The notes under the pieces are model-generated. The model made no database searches, was not told the origin of the DNA, and worked only from the letters and a program-made list of their open reading frames with translations. A program made the translations under genes and the position numbers. A stretch of 32,000 nucleotides of DNA from positions 1 through 32,000 of the forward strand of contig JAVYLC010000005.1 in the NCBI GenBank assembly GCA_038741355.1, in the 5' to 3' direction. How positions within the stretch are numbered: the first letter of the stretch is position 1; the number at the start of each line of letters is the position of its first letter. The stretch comes from Nitrososphaerota archaeon. Lineage in GTDB: Archaea > Thermoproteota > Nitrososphaeria_A > Caldarchaeales > Calditenuaceae. Shown here one piece after another: positions 8,811 to 17,652 of this stretch.

Positions 8811-11477
8811 ATGTGCAACGTGTTGAGCTCGCGGTGCCGGGTCTCTCGCCTTGTCTATGGGGTGTTCTTTATAGCGGTACTACTACTCACCCTAGCCTCC
8901 CTTTCACCCACCGCCGGTGCGCAACCTCCACAGTGGAGCCTCCAAGCATACTTCCTCCCACTGGGGGAGCAGGGCGGCATTGGAGAGCCTCGATGGCTTG
9001 ATAATTACGGTGACAGATATTTTCCAGGTGAGGTCGGCAACCTAACCTTCCAGCTAGTGAATACGGACTGCAGCTCGAGAGCTAAAGGCCCTCATGTGCG
9101 GACTTTTACACAGATGTGGGAGGATGAGCTGCAACCCATTTTCGAGAGGCTTGAGGCAATGAATAGGACTGGCTATATCTTGGACTATTTGGTGGAGGAT
9201 TCGAACGCCATTGTATATGGTGATCGGAAGCTTGCGGACTGGGAGGTGACTGTTGTAGGATACTGCGTTGGCCAGCCTATCCAAGTGGAGTCGGCCAAAG
9301 TCTGGTACGCTTGGCCCGGTTATGGAGAGACACTAAGCTCAACGATAACGCTACAAAAGAGGCTAGAGGCTGTGGACCCCATTAAATACATCTTCGAGGG
9401 AGAAAACAGCGGGGCAATACTATTATTCACTTTGCAGTTTAGCTTTCCCCCCGACCTTCCCTCACAGCTTTTCGAGACGCAACCCACCATCAGCCTCACA
9501 CTAAGATACCCCAGCGGATTTGTCTACGAATACAGGTATGGGCCTCTTGGCCGCGAGAGTGAATGGTGGCTCTGGGGGTTAAGGGGTGCGGCATATGGAC
9601 CATTTAGACTCAGCCCCTACAGAACATTTAGCATAAGAATAACAGATAACGAGGGCGCATTAACTCTCGGGGGCGCAAAGCTATTCCTCAAGGCCCACGT
9701 GTACACATACACTGTTACACTAACGGCGGACAGCGAAGGCGTAGTACAGGTAAATAGGCTTCCAGACTTTTACAGCTACTCCGTGAGCATCGCCTACGCA
9801 CCACCCCTCGTAGGCGAGGATATCACAGTTTATCTCTCGTCACACGACGCGATAGACCTAGCTTCAGCAAGAATGATTCGCACAGATCTTTACACCTTTA
9901 GGATATACCCGGTAGACCAGAATGGAAAGCCGCTCTTGAACGCCACAGTGTTGTTACAGATGGTTGAGGAGCCTCAGACGGGCAGGACAGCATGGGTCCA
10001 AAACCAGTCCAGCGGCGGCTATGCAAGCTTCTACCTTCTCCCGACCGGAAACTACTCCATCACAATCTTTTGGCGAGGGGTTGAAGTCTTCTCCTCACCG
10101 CGATATATTGGTTATCACCCAACCCTCGGATTCAGCCCACTAAGCTTCGAGGCGGAGACCACGGTCTCTGATTTGATTGTCTCGGCGGTAGACATGGCTG
10201 GAAATCCTGTCGGAGCAGTCTTCGAAGTGGAGGGCCCAACTCCTGAGACGAGCTTCTCAAACCTGGCGAGGATTGATGGCGTGCTGGTTATTCCCCAGCA
10301 GCCTCTAGCCACCTATCTTGTATCCGCTCTTAACGAGTCTGCCACATTCAACTCGAGGGTTAGTGCCAGCTCGCTTGTGAAGCCCGGCGAGCCTGTAAAA
10401 ATCAGCCTACCGATCTACAGCGTCAGCCTCAGAATACTATCCATGGATGAGAGACCTGTGCCGGATGCCGAGATCACATTCCACACACTCGTGTTTAGGA
10501 GCGACACATATGGCGGACTAACCATCCCCGGCGTGCCAAAAGGAGCCTATGACCTAGTGGTACGCCATCACGACGTCACCGTATTCTCCGGGGAGGCGAG
10601 GATAGAAGGCAACACGGTCCTCGACATACATGTGCAGGTGTATGACTTGGACTTGACCCTCTTGGATAGTGACGGCTCTCCTATAGTGGTTGAGTGGAGC
10701 CTCAGCGGCCCTGGCGGCAACTATAGTGGCGTAGGAAGCAGGCTATACACCACTCTACTGCCCGAAGCACTCCACAGGCTAACGGTCTATTTCCGCGAGG
10801 CTGGAAAGCTGATACAGGTCCTCGAGGAGGAGATACTCCCATCCGAATTACGAGATACGAGCCTCGCACTCCCAATCAGCACAGCAAAGTTGAGGGTTGT
10901 TTGGAGTGATGGTGAGCCCTTCAACGGAACACTAGTGCTTGACAGCGAAAGATACCCAATCATAGGCGGGATACCCAGAGTCGGAAAACTCGTCCACAGG
11001 ACACTCAACATATCACTTGAGACAACAGGAGGTGTGGAGCTCCTCACACAAGAGGTACAGCACACAGGCAAAGAAATACAGATATCAATCCCCCAGACAT
11101 ACATCACAGTAATTGTGCAGGATGTGTTTCTGAGACCGGTGGAGGGTGCAAAAGTCCTGATCTACTCTCTTCGCCGGCCAGGGCTATTGGCAGCGTCAGG
11201 AAATACTGGAAGCGATGGAAAGGCGTCATTCACTAAACTGCCCGAAGCCCTTGCACCATATCGGGTCGAGGTAACGTATGGAGATGAGAGGTTTGAGGTT
11301 TACGCTCAGGCGGGAGTTCTGAGATTCAGCTTAAACTCCATGGTAGTATGGGGGACGGCTATCCCAGCCACACTGATTGTAGGGGCCTTCGCAGTAGTGA
11401 CGGCTCTAGCCCTTGTCGCCGCCATCATCGGTCGAGTCAGGGCGCGGATCGCTGAGAGACAGGCTGGAGAGGAATAG
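8811..11477 (+). CDS. Large secreted, C-terminally membrane-anchored surface protein with repeated beta-sandwich (carboxypeptidase-regulatory-like) modules
   Basis: N-terminal signal-like segment (VFFIAVLLLTLASLSPTAGAQ) and a C-terminal TM anchor plus basic tail (LIVGAFAVVTALALVAAIIGRVRAR). Many N-x-S/T sequons. Recurrent modules of about 80-90 aa of the type D..G.P...A.V.......G..T...LP.G.Y.V. Confidence 0.6.
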   Translation: MCNVLSSRCRVSRLVYGVFFIAVLLLTLASLSPTAGAQPPQWSLQAYFLPLGEQGGIGEPRWLDNYGDRYFPGEVGNLTFQLVNTDCSSRAKGPHVRTFTQMWEDELQPIFERLEAMNRTGYILDYLVEDSNAIVYGDRKLADWEVTVVGYCVGQPIQVESAKVWYAWPGYGETLSSTITLQKRLEAVDPIKYIFEGENSGAILLFTLQFSFPPDLPSQLFETQPTISLTLRYPSGFVYEYRYGPLGRESEWWLWGLRGAAYGPFRLSPYRTFSIRITDNEGALTLGGAKLFLKAHVYTYTVTLTADSEGVVQVNRLPDFYSYSVSIAYAPPLVGEDITVYLSSHDAIDLASARMIRTDLYTFRIYPVDQNGKPLLNATVLLQMVEEPQTGRTAWVQNQSSGGYASFYLLPTGNYSITIFWRGVEVFSSPRYIGYHPTLGFSPLSFEAETTVSDLIVSAVDMAGNPVGAVFEVEGPTPETSFSNLARIDGVLVIPQQPLATYLVSALNESATFNSRVSASSLVKPGEPVKISLPIYSVSLRILSMDERPVPDAEITFHTLVFRSDTYGGLTIPGVPKGAYDLVVRHHDVTVFSGEARIEGNTVLDIHVQVYDLDLTLLDSDGSPIVVEWSLSGPGGNYSGVGSRLYTTLLPEALHRLTVYFREAGKLIQVLEEEILPSELRDTSLALPISTAKLRVVWSDGEPFNGTLVLDSERYPIIGGIPRVGKLVHRTLNISLETTGGVELLTQEVQHTGKEIQISIPQTYITVIVQDVFLRPVEGAKVLIYSLRRPGLLAASGNTGSDGKASFTKLPEALAPYRVEVTYGDERFEVYAQAGVLRFSLNSMVVWGTAIPATLIVGAFAVVTALALVAAIIGRVRARIAERQAGEE

Positions 11478-11539
11478 CATCCCCCAGGTTGGGTGGAAGA
11501 GTTAAATCCAATCCCAGTTGTTTTGGCTCAGGGCTCCTG

Positions 11540-12841
11540 ATGAGGATTATCGCAGACCTTCAGATCCACTCGAGGTACAGTGGAGCGACATCGCCGAGAA
11601 TGATGCTTCATGAGATCGGATACCACGCCTCTCTCAAGGGGCTGAACCTTTTGGGGACCGGTGATTCGCTGCACCCCCAGTGGTTTAGGGAGCTGAGGAC
11701 CGAGCTCCAAGAGATAAACGGCACAGGCATCTACAAGCTAAAGTCAGGCCCCAGCGACGTATTCTTCATCATACAGACCGAAGTGGCAACAGTCCATGAG
11801 TTCCGTGGGAAGGCCCGGAGGATACACCATGTAATACTCTTCCGAGACCTTGAGACATCAAAGCAGGCCGCAGAGGCACTTTCACGCTACGGCGACATCT
11901 CCTCGGATGGGCGGCCTGTCCTGAACATCAGGCCAGTTGAGCTGGTGGAGAGAATATTGGAAGTTGACAAGGACTGTTTCATCTTTCCAGCACATGCTTG
12001 GACCCCGTGGTGGTCTATTTTCGGGGCTATAGGCGGTGTGGACAAAGTGGAGGAGTGCTACGAGGATAGGGCTGACAAGATATACGCCATAGAGACTGGG
12101 TTAAGCTCAGACCCGCCCATGAACTGGAGGGTCAGCAGCCTAGACAGGTATATTCTCTTAAGCTCTTCAGACTCTCACAGCCCCTACCCCTACCGGCTAG
12201 GGAGAGAGGCCGTCGTCCTCAACCTCGAAACGCCCTCATACGAAGAACTCGTCAAGGCCTTGAGAACCAAGGACAAGAACAAAGTTTTGATGACGTTAGA
12301 GGTCCCGCCCAGCTACGGCAAGTATCACTGGTCAGGGCATAGGAGGTGCGGTGTGGGTCCAATTCCACCGGAAAAGGCGAGAGAGATGGATTACAGGTGT
12401 CCTCGATGCGGTAGAAGACTTACCAAGGGGGTTGAGGACAGGGTGGAGGAGCTGGCAGACAGGCCCCGCGGATATCGACCACCTGACGCAATAGACTTCA
12501 TGTACGTCATACCGCTGCAAGAACTCCTAGCTCTCTCCATGAACATAGACTACACCTCAGAGACCCTACTACAGAGCAAGAAAATCTGGACCGAGTACAG
12601 CAGACTAGTAAGCATATTCGTAAGCGAATACAAGCTACTCCTCGAGGCACCTATACAAGAGATAGCGAAGGCCTCGAACGAGCATCTAGCCTCCCTCGTA
12701 AATGACATGAGGAGCGGTGTGCTGGAGATAGTGCCGGGCTATGATGGAGTATATGGAAAAATCCTGCCGAGAGCAAAGTCGTCTGGAAAGAGGGAGAGGA
12801 CTGGGCAGAACAAGAGCAGTACGCTGGAGGACTATTTCTAA
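11540..12841 (+). CDS. Endonuclease Q-like PHP-domain nuclease with Zn-ribbon
   Basis: N-terminus MRIIADLQIHSRYSGATS (PHP His motif as in EndoQ) and a Cys cluster HRRCG...YRCPRCGRRLTKGVEDRV. The ORF track begins at TTG 11489, but the ATG at 11540 immediately precedes the conserved domain. Confidence 0.65.
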   Translation: MRIIADLQIHSRYSGATSPRMMLHEIGYHASLKGLNLLGTGDSLHPQWFRELRTELQEINGTGIYKLKSGPSDVFFIIQTEVATVHEFRGKARRIHHVILFRDLETSKQAAEALSRYGDISSDGRPVLNIRPVELVERILEVDKDCFIFPAHAWTPWWSIFGAIGGVDKVEECYEDRADKIYAIETGLSSDPPMNWRVSSLDRYILLSSSDSHSPYPYRLGREAVVLNLETPSYEELVKALRTKDKNKVLMTLEVPPSYGKYHWSGHRRCGVGPIPPEKAREMDYRCPRCGRRLTKGVEDRVEELADRPRGYRPPDAIDFMYVIPLQELLALSMNIDYTSETLLQSKKIWTEYSRLVSIFVSEYKLLLEAPIQEIAKASNEHLASLVNDMRSGVLEIVPGYDGVYGKILPRAKSSGKRERTGQNKSSTLEDYF

Positions 12842-12851
12842 AGACCTAAGT

Positions 12852-14765
12852 CTAGCCGACCACTATTGTGTCGAGGTTCTTCGGCGTGTAGATGGCAGAG
12901 TCCAGAACCCTTCTAGCGGCTCCTGCAATCGAGTTCACGGCCTCCGGCTCACCGTGGACAAATATGACGTTCTGAGGCTTTGGAGAGATCCTCTTAAGAT
13001 AGGAAAGTATCTGCTGCCTGCTGGAGTGTCCTGAGAAACCGTCAACCTTCTCCACGGCAGTGGCAAGCTTAAACACCTCTTGCTTCCCCTCCTCATTGAT
13101 TATCGTAACCTCCCTCATGCCTTTCAGAATCTTCCTGCCTAGCGTACCCTCAACCTGATAGCTCACGAATAATAGTAGGTTCTTATCGCTCTCCGACATA
13201 CTCCTTAGATAAGAGAGGACGGGGCCGCCTTCAAGCATCCCCGACGTGGCCATAACGATCATAGGCTCCCTGCTCTCAAGTATCTCCTCCCTATGGTTCT
13301 GACTCTTCACGCTTACAAAATAGTCTGAGAAGAAGAGTGAATCACCCCTCAGAAACTCATCCCTACTCTCGGCCGAGAAATATTCTGGGAAACAGCTATA
13401 GATTGATGTAGACTCTATGAGAAGGCCGTCAAGTATTACTGGGACCTCAGGAATCATCTTAGACTCTATCAGGTTCTTAATCACCAGCATTATTTCTTGA
13501 GCCCTCCCGACAGCTGGCACAGGGATCAAGACACTACCACCCGAATTCACTGTTCGCGTAATGTGTTCTGCGAAGATTCGTTCAGTCTCCTCTCTCGTGA
13601 ATGGGACTGGTGTGGCGCCGTAGGTGCTCTCTATGATGAGTGTCTCCATTCTTGGGAATTTGGATGTGCTGGGGTCGAGCATCCGGGTTCTCTCATACTT
13701 AAAGTCCCCGGTGTAGACTATGTTGTGGAATCCCTCGCCTATATGGAGGTGCGCGATGGCGGAGCCTAGGATGTGCCCCGCATTGTAGAATGTTACCCTG
13801 ATGTCGGGGGTAATATTGGTTACGACCCCATATCTGAGTGGGACTACATGGCGTGCCGTAAGTCTGATCTCTTGTTCGCCATAGAGGGGGTATTGCCCAG
13901 TCTTAGCCGCTAGGTTGAGATAGTCTAAATGCTCCATAACCATTAGCGGGAGCGTGGGCTCTGTCATGTAGACTGGGCCCCGATAGCCGTGCTTGAATAG
14001 GAATGGGAGCGCGCCGTGATGGTCCATGTGTGAGTGTGTTATTATGACGGCGTCCAGCATATCGACCAGCTCGGGGAAGAAGTCCATTCTCGGCAGCATT
14101 TCTACCGGCCGGCTCGCCCCAGCGCTTATGCCGAAGTCCATCAAGACGCAGCTCTCCCGCGTCCTGACCAGGAGGGCGGAGCGCCCTACCTGCATTCCAC
14201 TCCCTAGAACAGTTATCGAGACTTCTCCCGGCTCAAACAGCTGCTCCCTAAATATCCTCTCACCGATCCTTCGCAAAATCTCAATCCTACCTTCCCCATC
14301 CCCATAGAGATACTTCTTCACTCTCTCCAGTGTTTTTGAAGGGGTGAGTGGCGTCCTTGCTACTGTGATTAGCCAGTTTATCTGACGCTCGAGGGCCGCC
14401 AGCCTCTCAGGGGTCAGGAGGTTGAATAGTTGCTGGTCGCTGCTCTCAATCACAACCTCTCCGAAAAGGTTATCAAACGTGATGTTTGCAGAGTAGTTGT
14501 TAAGCGCCTCCTTCAAAAACTTCTTAGCCTCATCCTGAGGCAGCCTAATAGACTCGTCCGGCCGAATAACAACCCTCTTCTTGATCAAGTTCACGAGGTC
14601 TCTAGCGATAGAGTTTCTCTCGGCGAAAACCGAAGGCTCCGCGGTGTATATCGCGATCCTAGGCCCCTCGAAATCAATCCTAGTAACTACGCGCTCGCCC
14701 TTCCGCAGTGTAACGAGGTAGTTGAATATGTCTGCCCTCAGCTTGGATAGCATCCCATCTTCCAC
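12852..14765 (-). CDS. fttA: aCPSF1/FttA: KH-domain beta-CASP metallo-beta-lactamase RNase (archaeal transcription termination/3'-end factor)
   Basis: 637 aa. N-terminal KH-like region, MBL signature IITHSHMDHHG and a beta-CASP region with a C-terminal HGEP motif. Length and architecture are typical of aCPSF1. Confidence 0.85.
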   Translation of the reverse strand: MEDGMLSKLRADIFNYLVTLRKGERVVTRIDFEGPRIAIYTAEPSVFAERNSIARDLVNLIKKRVVIRPDESIRLPQDEAKKFLKEALNNYSANITFDNLFGEVVIESSDQQLFNLLTPERLAALERQINWLITVARTPLTPSKTLERVKKYLYGDGEGRIEILRRIGERIFREQLFEPGEVSITVLGSGMQVGRSALLVRTRESCVLMDFGISAGASRPVEMLPRMDFFPELVDMLDAVIITHSHMDHHGALPFLFKHGYRGPVYMTEPTLPLMVMEHLDYLNLAAKTGQYPLYGEQEIRLTARHVVPLRYGVVTNITPDIRVTFYNAGHILGSAIAHLHIGEGFHNIVYTGDFKYERTRMLDPSTSKFPRMETLIIESTYGATPVPFTREETERIFAEHITRTVNSGGSVLIPVPAVGRAQEIMLVIKNLIESKMIPEVPVILDGLLIESTSIYSCFPEYFSAESRDEFLRGDSLFFSDYFVSVKSQNHREEILESREPMIVMATSGMLEGGPVLSYLRSMSESDKNLLLFVSYQVEGTLGRKILKGMREVTIINEEGKQEVFKLATAVEKVDGFSGHSSRQQILSYLKRISPKPQNVIFVHGEPEAVNSIAGAARRVLDSAIYTPKNLDTIVVG

Positions 14766-15196
14766 CCTTACACAGTAAGACCCTTTTAGCTCCCCAGGAT
14801 ATGCCCCAGGGGGTTCCTAAATGTATTATCGGAGGCTCTATTTAAAGGCTCGTTAATGCAAGAAGGAGTTCTAGGATTCTAATCCAACGTCATGAAAGGG
14901 GAAAAATAAGGGGAGAGGTTGGTTAGAGGTCAACCGGCAGAACAGCACTGAGGAGCCTCAGCGAAAGGCCGGTATAGATAAAGTGTGGGGCAGTAGGGAG
15001 ATCTCTCTACTTCCTGAAAAAGATGCGGACACCTGCCTTCCGAGGTATTCCCCGCTGTTCAGGCCGGTACTCTCCGGCCTCTCCCGCGGTCCTCCTCTCA
15101 CCGTCATCCATATCATTCTCAGAATTCTCTCCTCGTCTCTGGCTCTGTGTTTTGGGTTGTTCAGGACCACTAAAGTCAGGCGAGACAGCACACTCC

Positions 15197-15856
15197 TCAC
15201 CGCTCCATTGTAGAGTTTCGGCCTACCCCTGAAGAGTCCGAAGAATCTTCTAAACCGCTTATATGATTGCTCCTGTTAATGTGGAGCAGTATTTCTGCCA
15301 AGGCCTCCCTGGCAAATAGAAGTTTCTCTCCAGAGATTCCTAGAGCCTCAACCAATCTGTTGTGGAACGGTAAACGTCTCTCCGCCTCATAGACTATCTT
15401 TGTAGCTACCCTCTTCATGGACTCCTCAATAGTCCTAACAGAGATCATTAAGCCCTCTCTATCATCTTCCTTCAGGGCCTTAGCCCTTTTTAGAAGACTG
15501 GTGCGCGTCTTAAAAAGACTTCTGAAGACTGCGCATAGCCTTCTGATTACTAGGAAGTCTTCATCGACTTCTATGAACCACATTGAATCCAAAGACATCA
15601 TTGCTTTGAGGTCGTTGCGGCTATTCTTCGGCAGCTTTAACTCCACCCTCCTCTTCGCAACAATTGTTATCCTTCTCAGATTGAAGATCCTCACACCCCT
15701 CCTCAGGAGTTCGACAAATTCATCGGTCAGCTCTATTGGTATTGTGTCTACGTAGAGTTCATATCCTGCCTCTGCCGGAATTTCTACAATACTTTTTGCC
15801 TTGCTGAAAGTTTCTCCGTCCATAGTGTAGATGTGGTAGTTCTCTTCAGTCTCCAT
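15197..15856 (-). pseudogene. IS110-family-like (DEDD/RuvC-type) transposase remnant, probably frameshifted near 15270
   Basis: Weak resemblance to IS110 transposases: IYTMDGE, YVDTIP, LLRRGVRIFNL, KNSRNDLKAMMSL (KTDxxDA-like) and LVEALGISGEKLLFAREALAEIL (siPGiG...llaEi-like). The expected GL.P...G..lR..L continuation (FFGLFRGRPKLYNGAVRSVLSRL) appears in another frame from about 15275 downward. A/T-rich compared with its surroundings. Confidence 0.35.
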
Positions 15857-16221
15857 CCTCCTTTCCTTATTTGCTAGTCTGTGGACATCTACGAAGAATC
15901 TTTTACACTCTCTCTGGATTTATATTATAGATCCTTTTCCGGGATTCTTCATCTGTTCATCCCCTCTACCAGGAACCCGAAAACAAACCCTAGCTTCTGT
16001 AAGTCTACCATGACTAGCGATTGGTGAGGCCTAGTTGTATTTAGGACTTGAGACCACTCAGTGAAAGTGACACCTCATATTTCTAGCTTTCTCATGACTT
16101 TCTAGAAGGGGTGCAAGATTTTAAGTGAGGAATTGTAGATAGTGGCATAAAGATACCGTAGAGACCGCAAATAATGGGGGAGAGGAGACTGATGAAGGCC
16201 CGTTGGTGAGGCTCAGTAGAG

Positions 16222-16485
16222 TTGAGGGGGGTGATAGCCGAGTGCATAGGGTTTCTTGAGGTGGTTAGGGATAGGTGCGCTAATAACCCTACCGTCTACA
16301 CGGATAGGGCTCCATGGTACGGATGGCCCATGAAGGTTCTGGGCTTGAGGAGGAGGGTGGAGACGTTCGGCAGTAGGAAAGCTATAGAGTCTTGGTTCAG
16401 CGGGCTGAAGAGGAGGATAAAACAGTTCAACACATGCTCCCCAACATACAGGCCGAAGATATCGGAGAGGTGGATAAAGGCATAG
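16222..16485 (+). pseudogene. IS6-family DDE transposase, C-terminal fragment
   Basis: VYTDRAPWYG and RKAIESWFSGLKRRIKQF match the IS26-type motifs INTDKAPAYG and RNNVIECDHGKLKRII. There is no N-terminal part upstream (stop at 16207-16209). The ORF ends 5 nt before an IS6-type terminal repeat. Confidence 0.65.
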
Positions 16486-16490
16486 ATGGC

Positions 16491-16507
16491 CTTAAGTTGA
16501 CAGTCCC
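16491..16507. repeat. IS6-type terminal inverted repeat copy (CTTAAGTTGACAGTCCC)
   Basis: 14/17 identical to the right end of the MITE at 24066-24082. The first 13 nt are identical to the copy at 31412. The outer end reads GG... as in IS6-family ends. Confidence 0.5.
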
Positions 16508-16598
16508 TCGAAGCCTCCAATGCCTTTATCTCGCCGGTGTTTCTGTCGAAGATCCACAGACTTTTTTTTCTCCAAGCATAACTACTTCTCCGCGGCAA
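16506..16598 (-). pseudogene. IS6-family transposase fragment (region around the first catalytic Asp), opposite orientation
   Basis: YAWRKKSLWIFDRNTGEIKALEASR resembles IS26 GRWAYLYRAVDSRGRTVDFYLSSRR. The homology stops exactly at the outer end of the terminal repeat at 16491-16507. Confidence 0.45.
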
Positions 16599-16863
16599 GC
16601 GTCATGGACCTAGGCTGGTCGCCGATGAGATGCCTGTAGAAAACCCTGTCAACATGTCTCATCAGAAGCCCGTTCCTAGCAGCTATCACGGCGCCGCCAG
16701 CCCCGTCGGAGACCGCGGCTGTGTAGTCTGCCTGAGGAGCCGTCAGCACGCCTATATTGCTGGGAAGCCGGAGGGGCCTGCGGCTACCACCCCGTCACCG
16801 CATATAAATGAGGATGGGGGGTTTTACCCATTTAAAGTGTCTCGATTCCGCGATCTATCACTA

Positions 16864-17652
16864 CTACTGCCCCGAGACCCGCGGTTTTAATGCAGCCTTC
16901 CAGAGGTGTATGATGGCATAGGGCCTCGAAACCCCCTCGTCTTGCATTATCTTCTCGATCGCAGATGCTACCCGGGCCTCGTCCCTGTATTTGGCCACTA
17001 ACTCCTTGTATAATGGCTCGGCCTCCTCAGTGCTTGTGGTCAGCTTTGCGATTGTGCGCGGTAGAGACCTGATATTATCTATTTTCACTTGGAGGTCAGA
17101 TATTTGCTTCTTTATCTCCGCGATCTTGTTTCGATATTCCTCAACCTCTGCCTCCAGTGTTTTGAGCCGCTCGTTTTCAGCATCGTTCAGCGAGCCTTCA
17201 TGCGTCCGTAGGTATTCGACTTCTACGAGCCTGTCGAAAAGCTGTTCTTCCAACTCGCTCATCCTCGTCTCCAGCAAACCAAGAGCCTCGTTAAGCAGGT
17301 TCTCGCAGGTCTGCGCCTCGCTCAGCAGCGCGTTCCTCTCATCTGATAGCTGGTTCAGCTTCTTCTTCACGGAGCGGAGGTCAACCTCATCCCACTTCTT
17401 GAAAACTCTCTGGATTGAGCGGTCCATCTCCCGGATTTCCCTTAACTTTGCTTGGATGGCGTCAAAGCTCTTGAGCGCCTCCTCATAGTTGTCTATTGGT
17501 TGCTGGGCCGTTGGCTGGGCCTGTATTTCCTGAGGCTCTGGACCCTGTCTTTCTACCTCATGAGCCCCTGTCAATTCGCCTACCTGCTGCTCTGATTGGG
17601 TAGTCTCTGGTATTAGCCGCCTCTTGATCACTATCCGCTTCTTATCACTCAT
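16864..17652 (-). CDS. Coiled-coil protein of unknown function, translationally coupled to the JAMM protease gene
   Basis: The ATG at 17650-17652 overlaps the JAMM stop in the string ATGAGTGA, which is preferred over the upstream start at 17664 in the ORF track. The N-terminus is Q/E/P-rich. A long heptad-like helical region follows (LREIREMDRSIQRV...LEAEVEEYRNKIAEIKKQISDLQVKIDNI), then a small C-terminal globular part. There is only one Cys, so it is not a RING. Confidence 0.6.
   Translation of the reverse strand: MSDKKRIVIKRRLIPETTQSEQQVGELTGAHEVERQGPEPQEIQAQPTAQQPIDNYEEALKSFDAIQAKLREIREMDRSIQRVFKKWDEVDLRSVKKKLNQLSDERNALLSEAQTCENLLNEALGLLETRMSELEEQLFDRLVEVEYLRTHEGSLNDAENERLKTLEAEVEEYRNKIAEIKKQISDLQVKIDNIRSLPRTIAKLTTSTEEAEPLYKELVAKYRDEARVASAIEKIMQDEGVSRPYAIIHLWKAALKPRVSGQ

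Noticed and set aside
14917-15240. Tried to identify the GC-rich block as SRP (7S) RNA or RNase P RNA
   Set aside because: I looked on both strands for the SRP helix-8 pattern (CAGG...GGAA...AGCA), the Alu-domain UGUAA motif and the RNase P CR-I/CR-V strings (GAGGAAAGUCC, ACAGAA..CCGGCUUA). Only loose partial matches were found (for example GCGAAAGGCCGG and CCUCGGAAGGCAGG). No identity is claimed, and the block is reported only as an unexplained structured region.
16590-16860. Possible remnant of an FAD/NAD(P)-dependent oxidoreductase on the minus strand (GDGVVAAGPSGFPAI in one frame, GVLTAPQADYTAAVSDGAGGAVIAARNG in another)
   Set aside because: The two pieces resemble the GxGxxG region and the C-terminal GD...AAGxGAxAA region of thioredoxin-reductase-like enzymes. 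However, they are only about 15-30 aa each, lie in different frames, are directly adjacent, and lack a start codon. That is too little to support a feature call without a database search.
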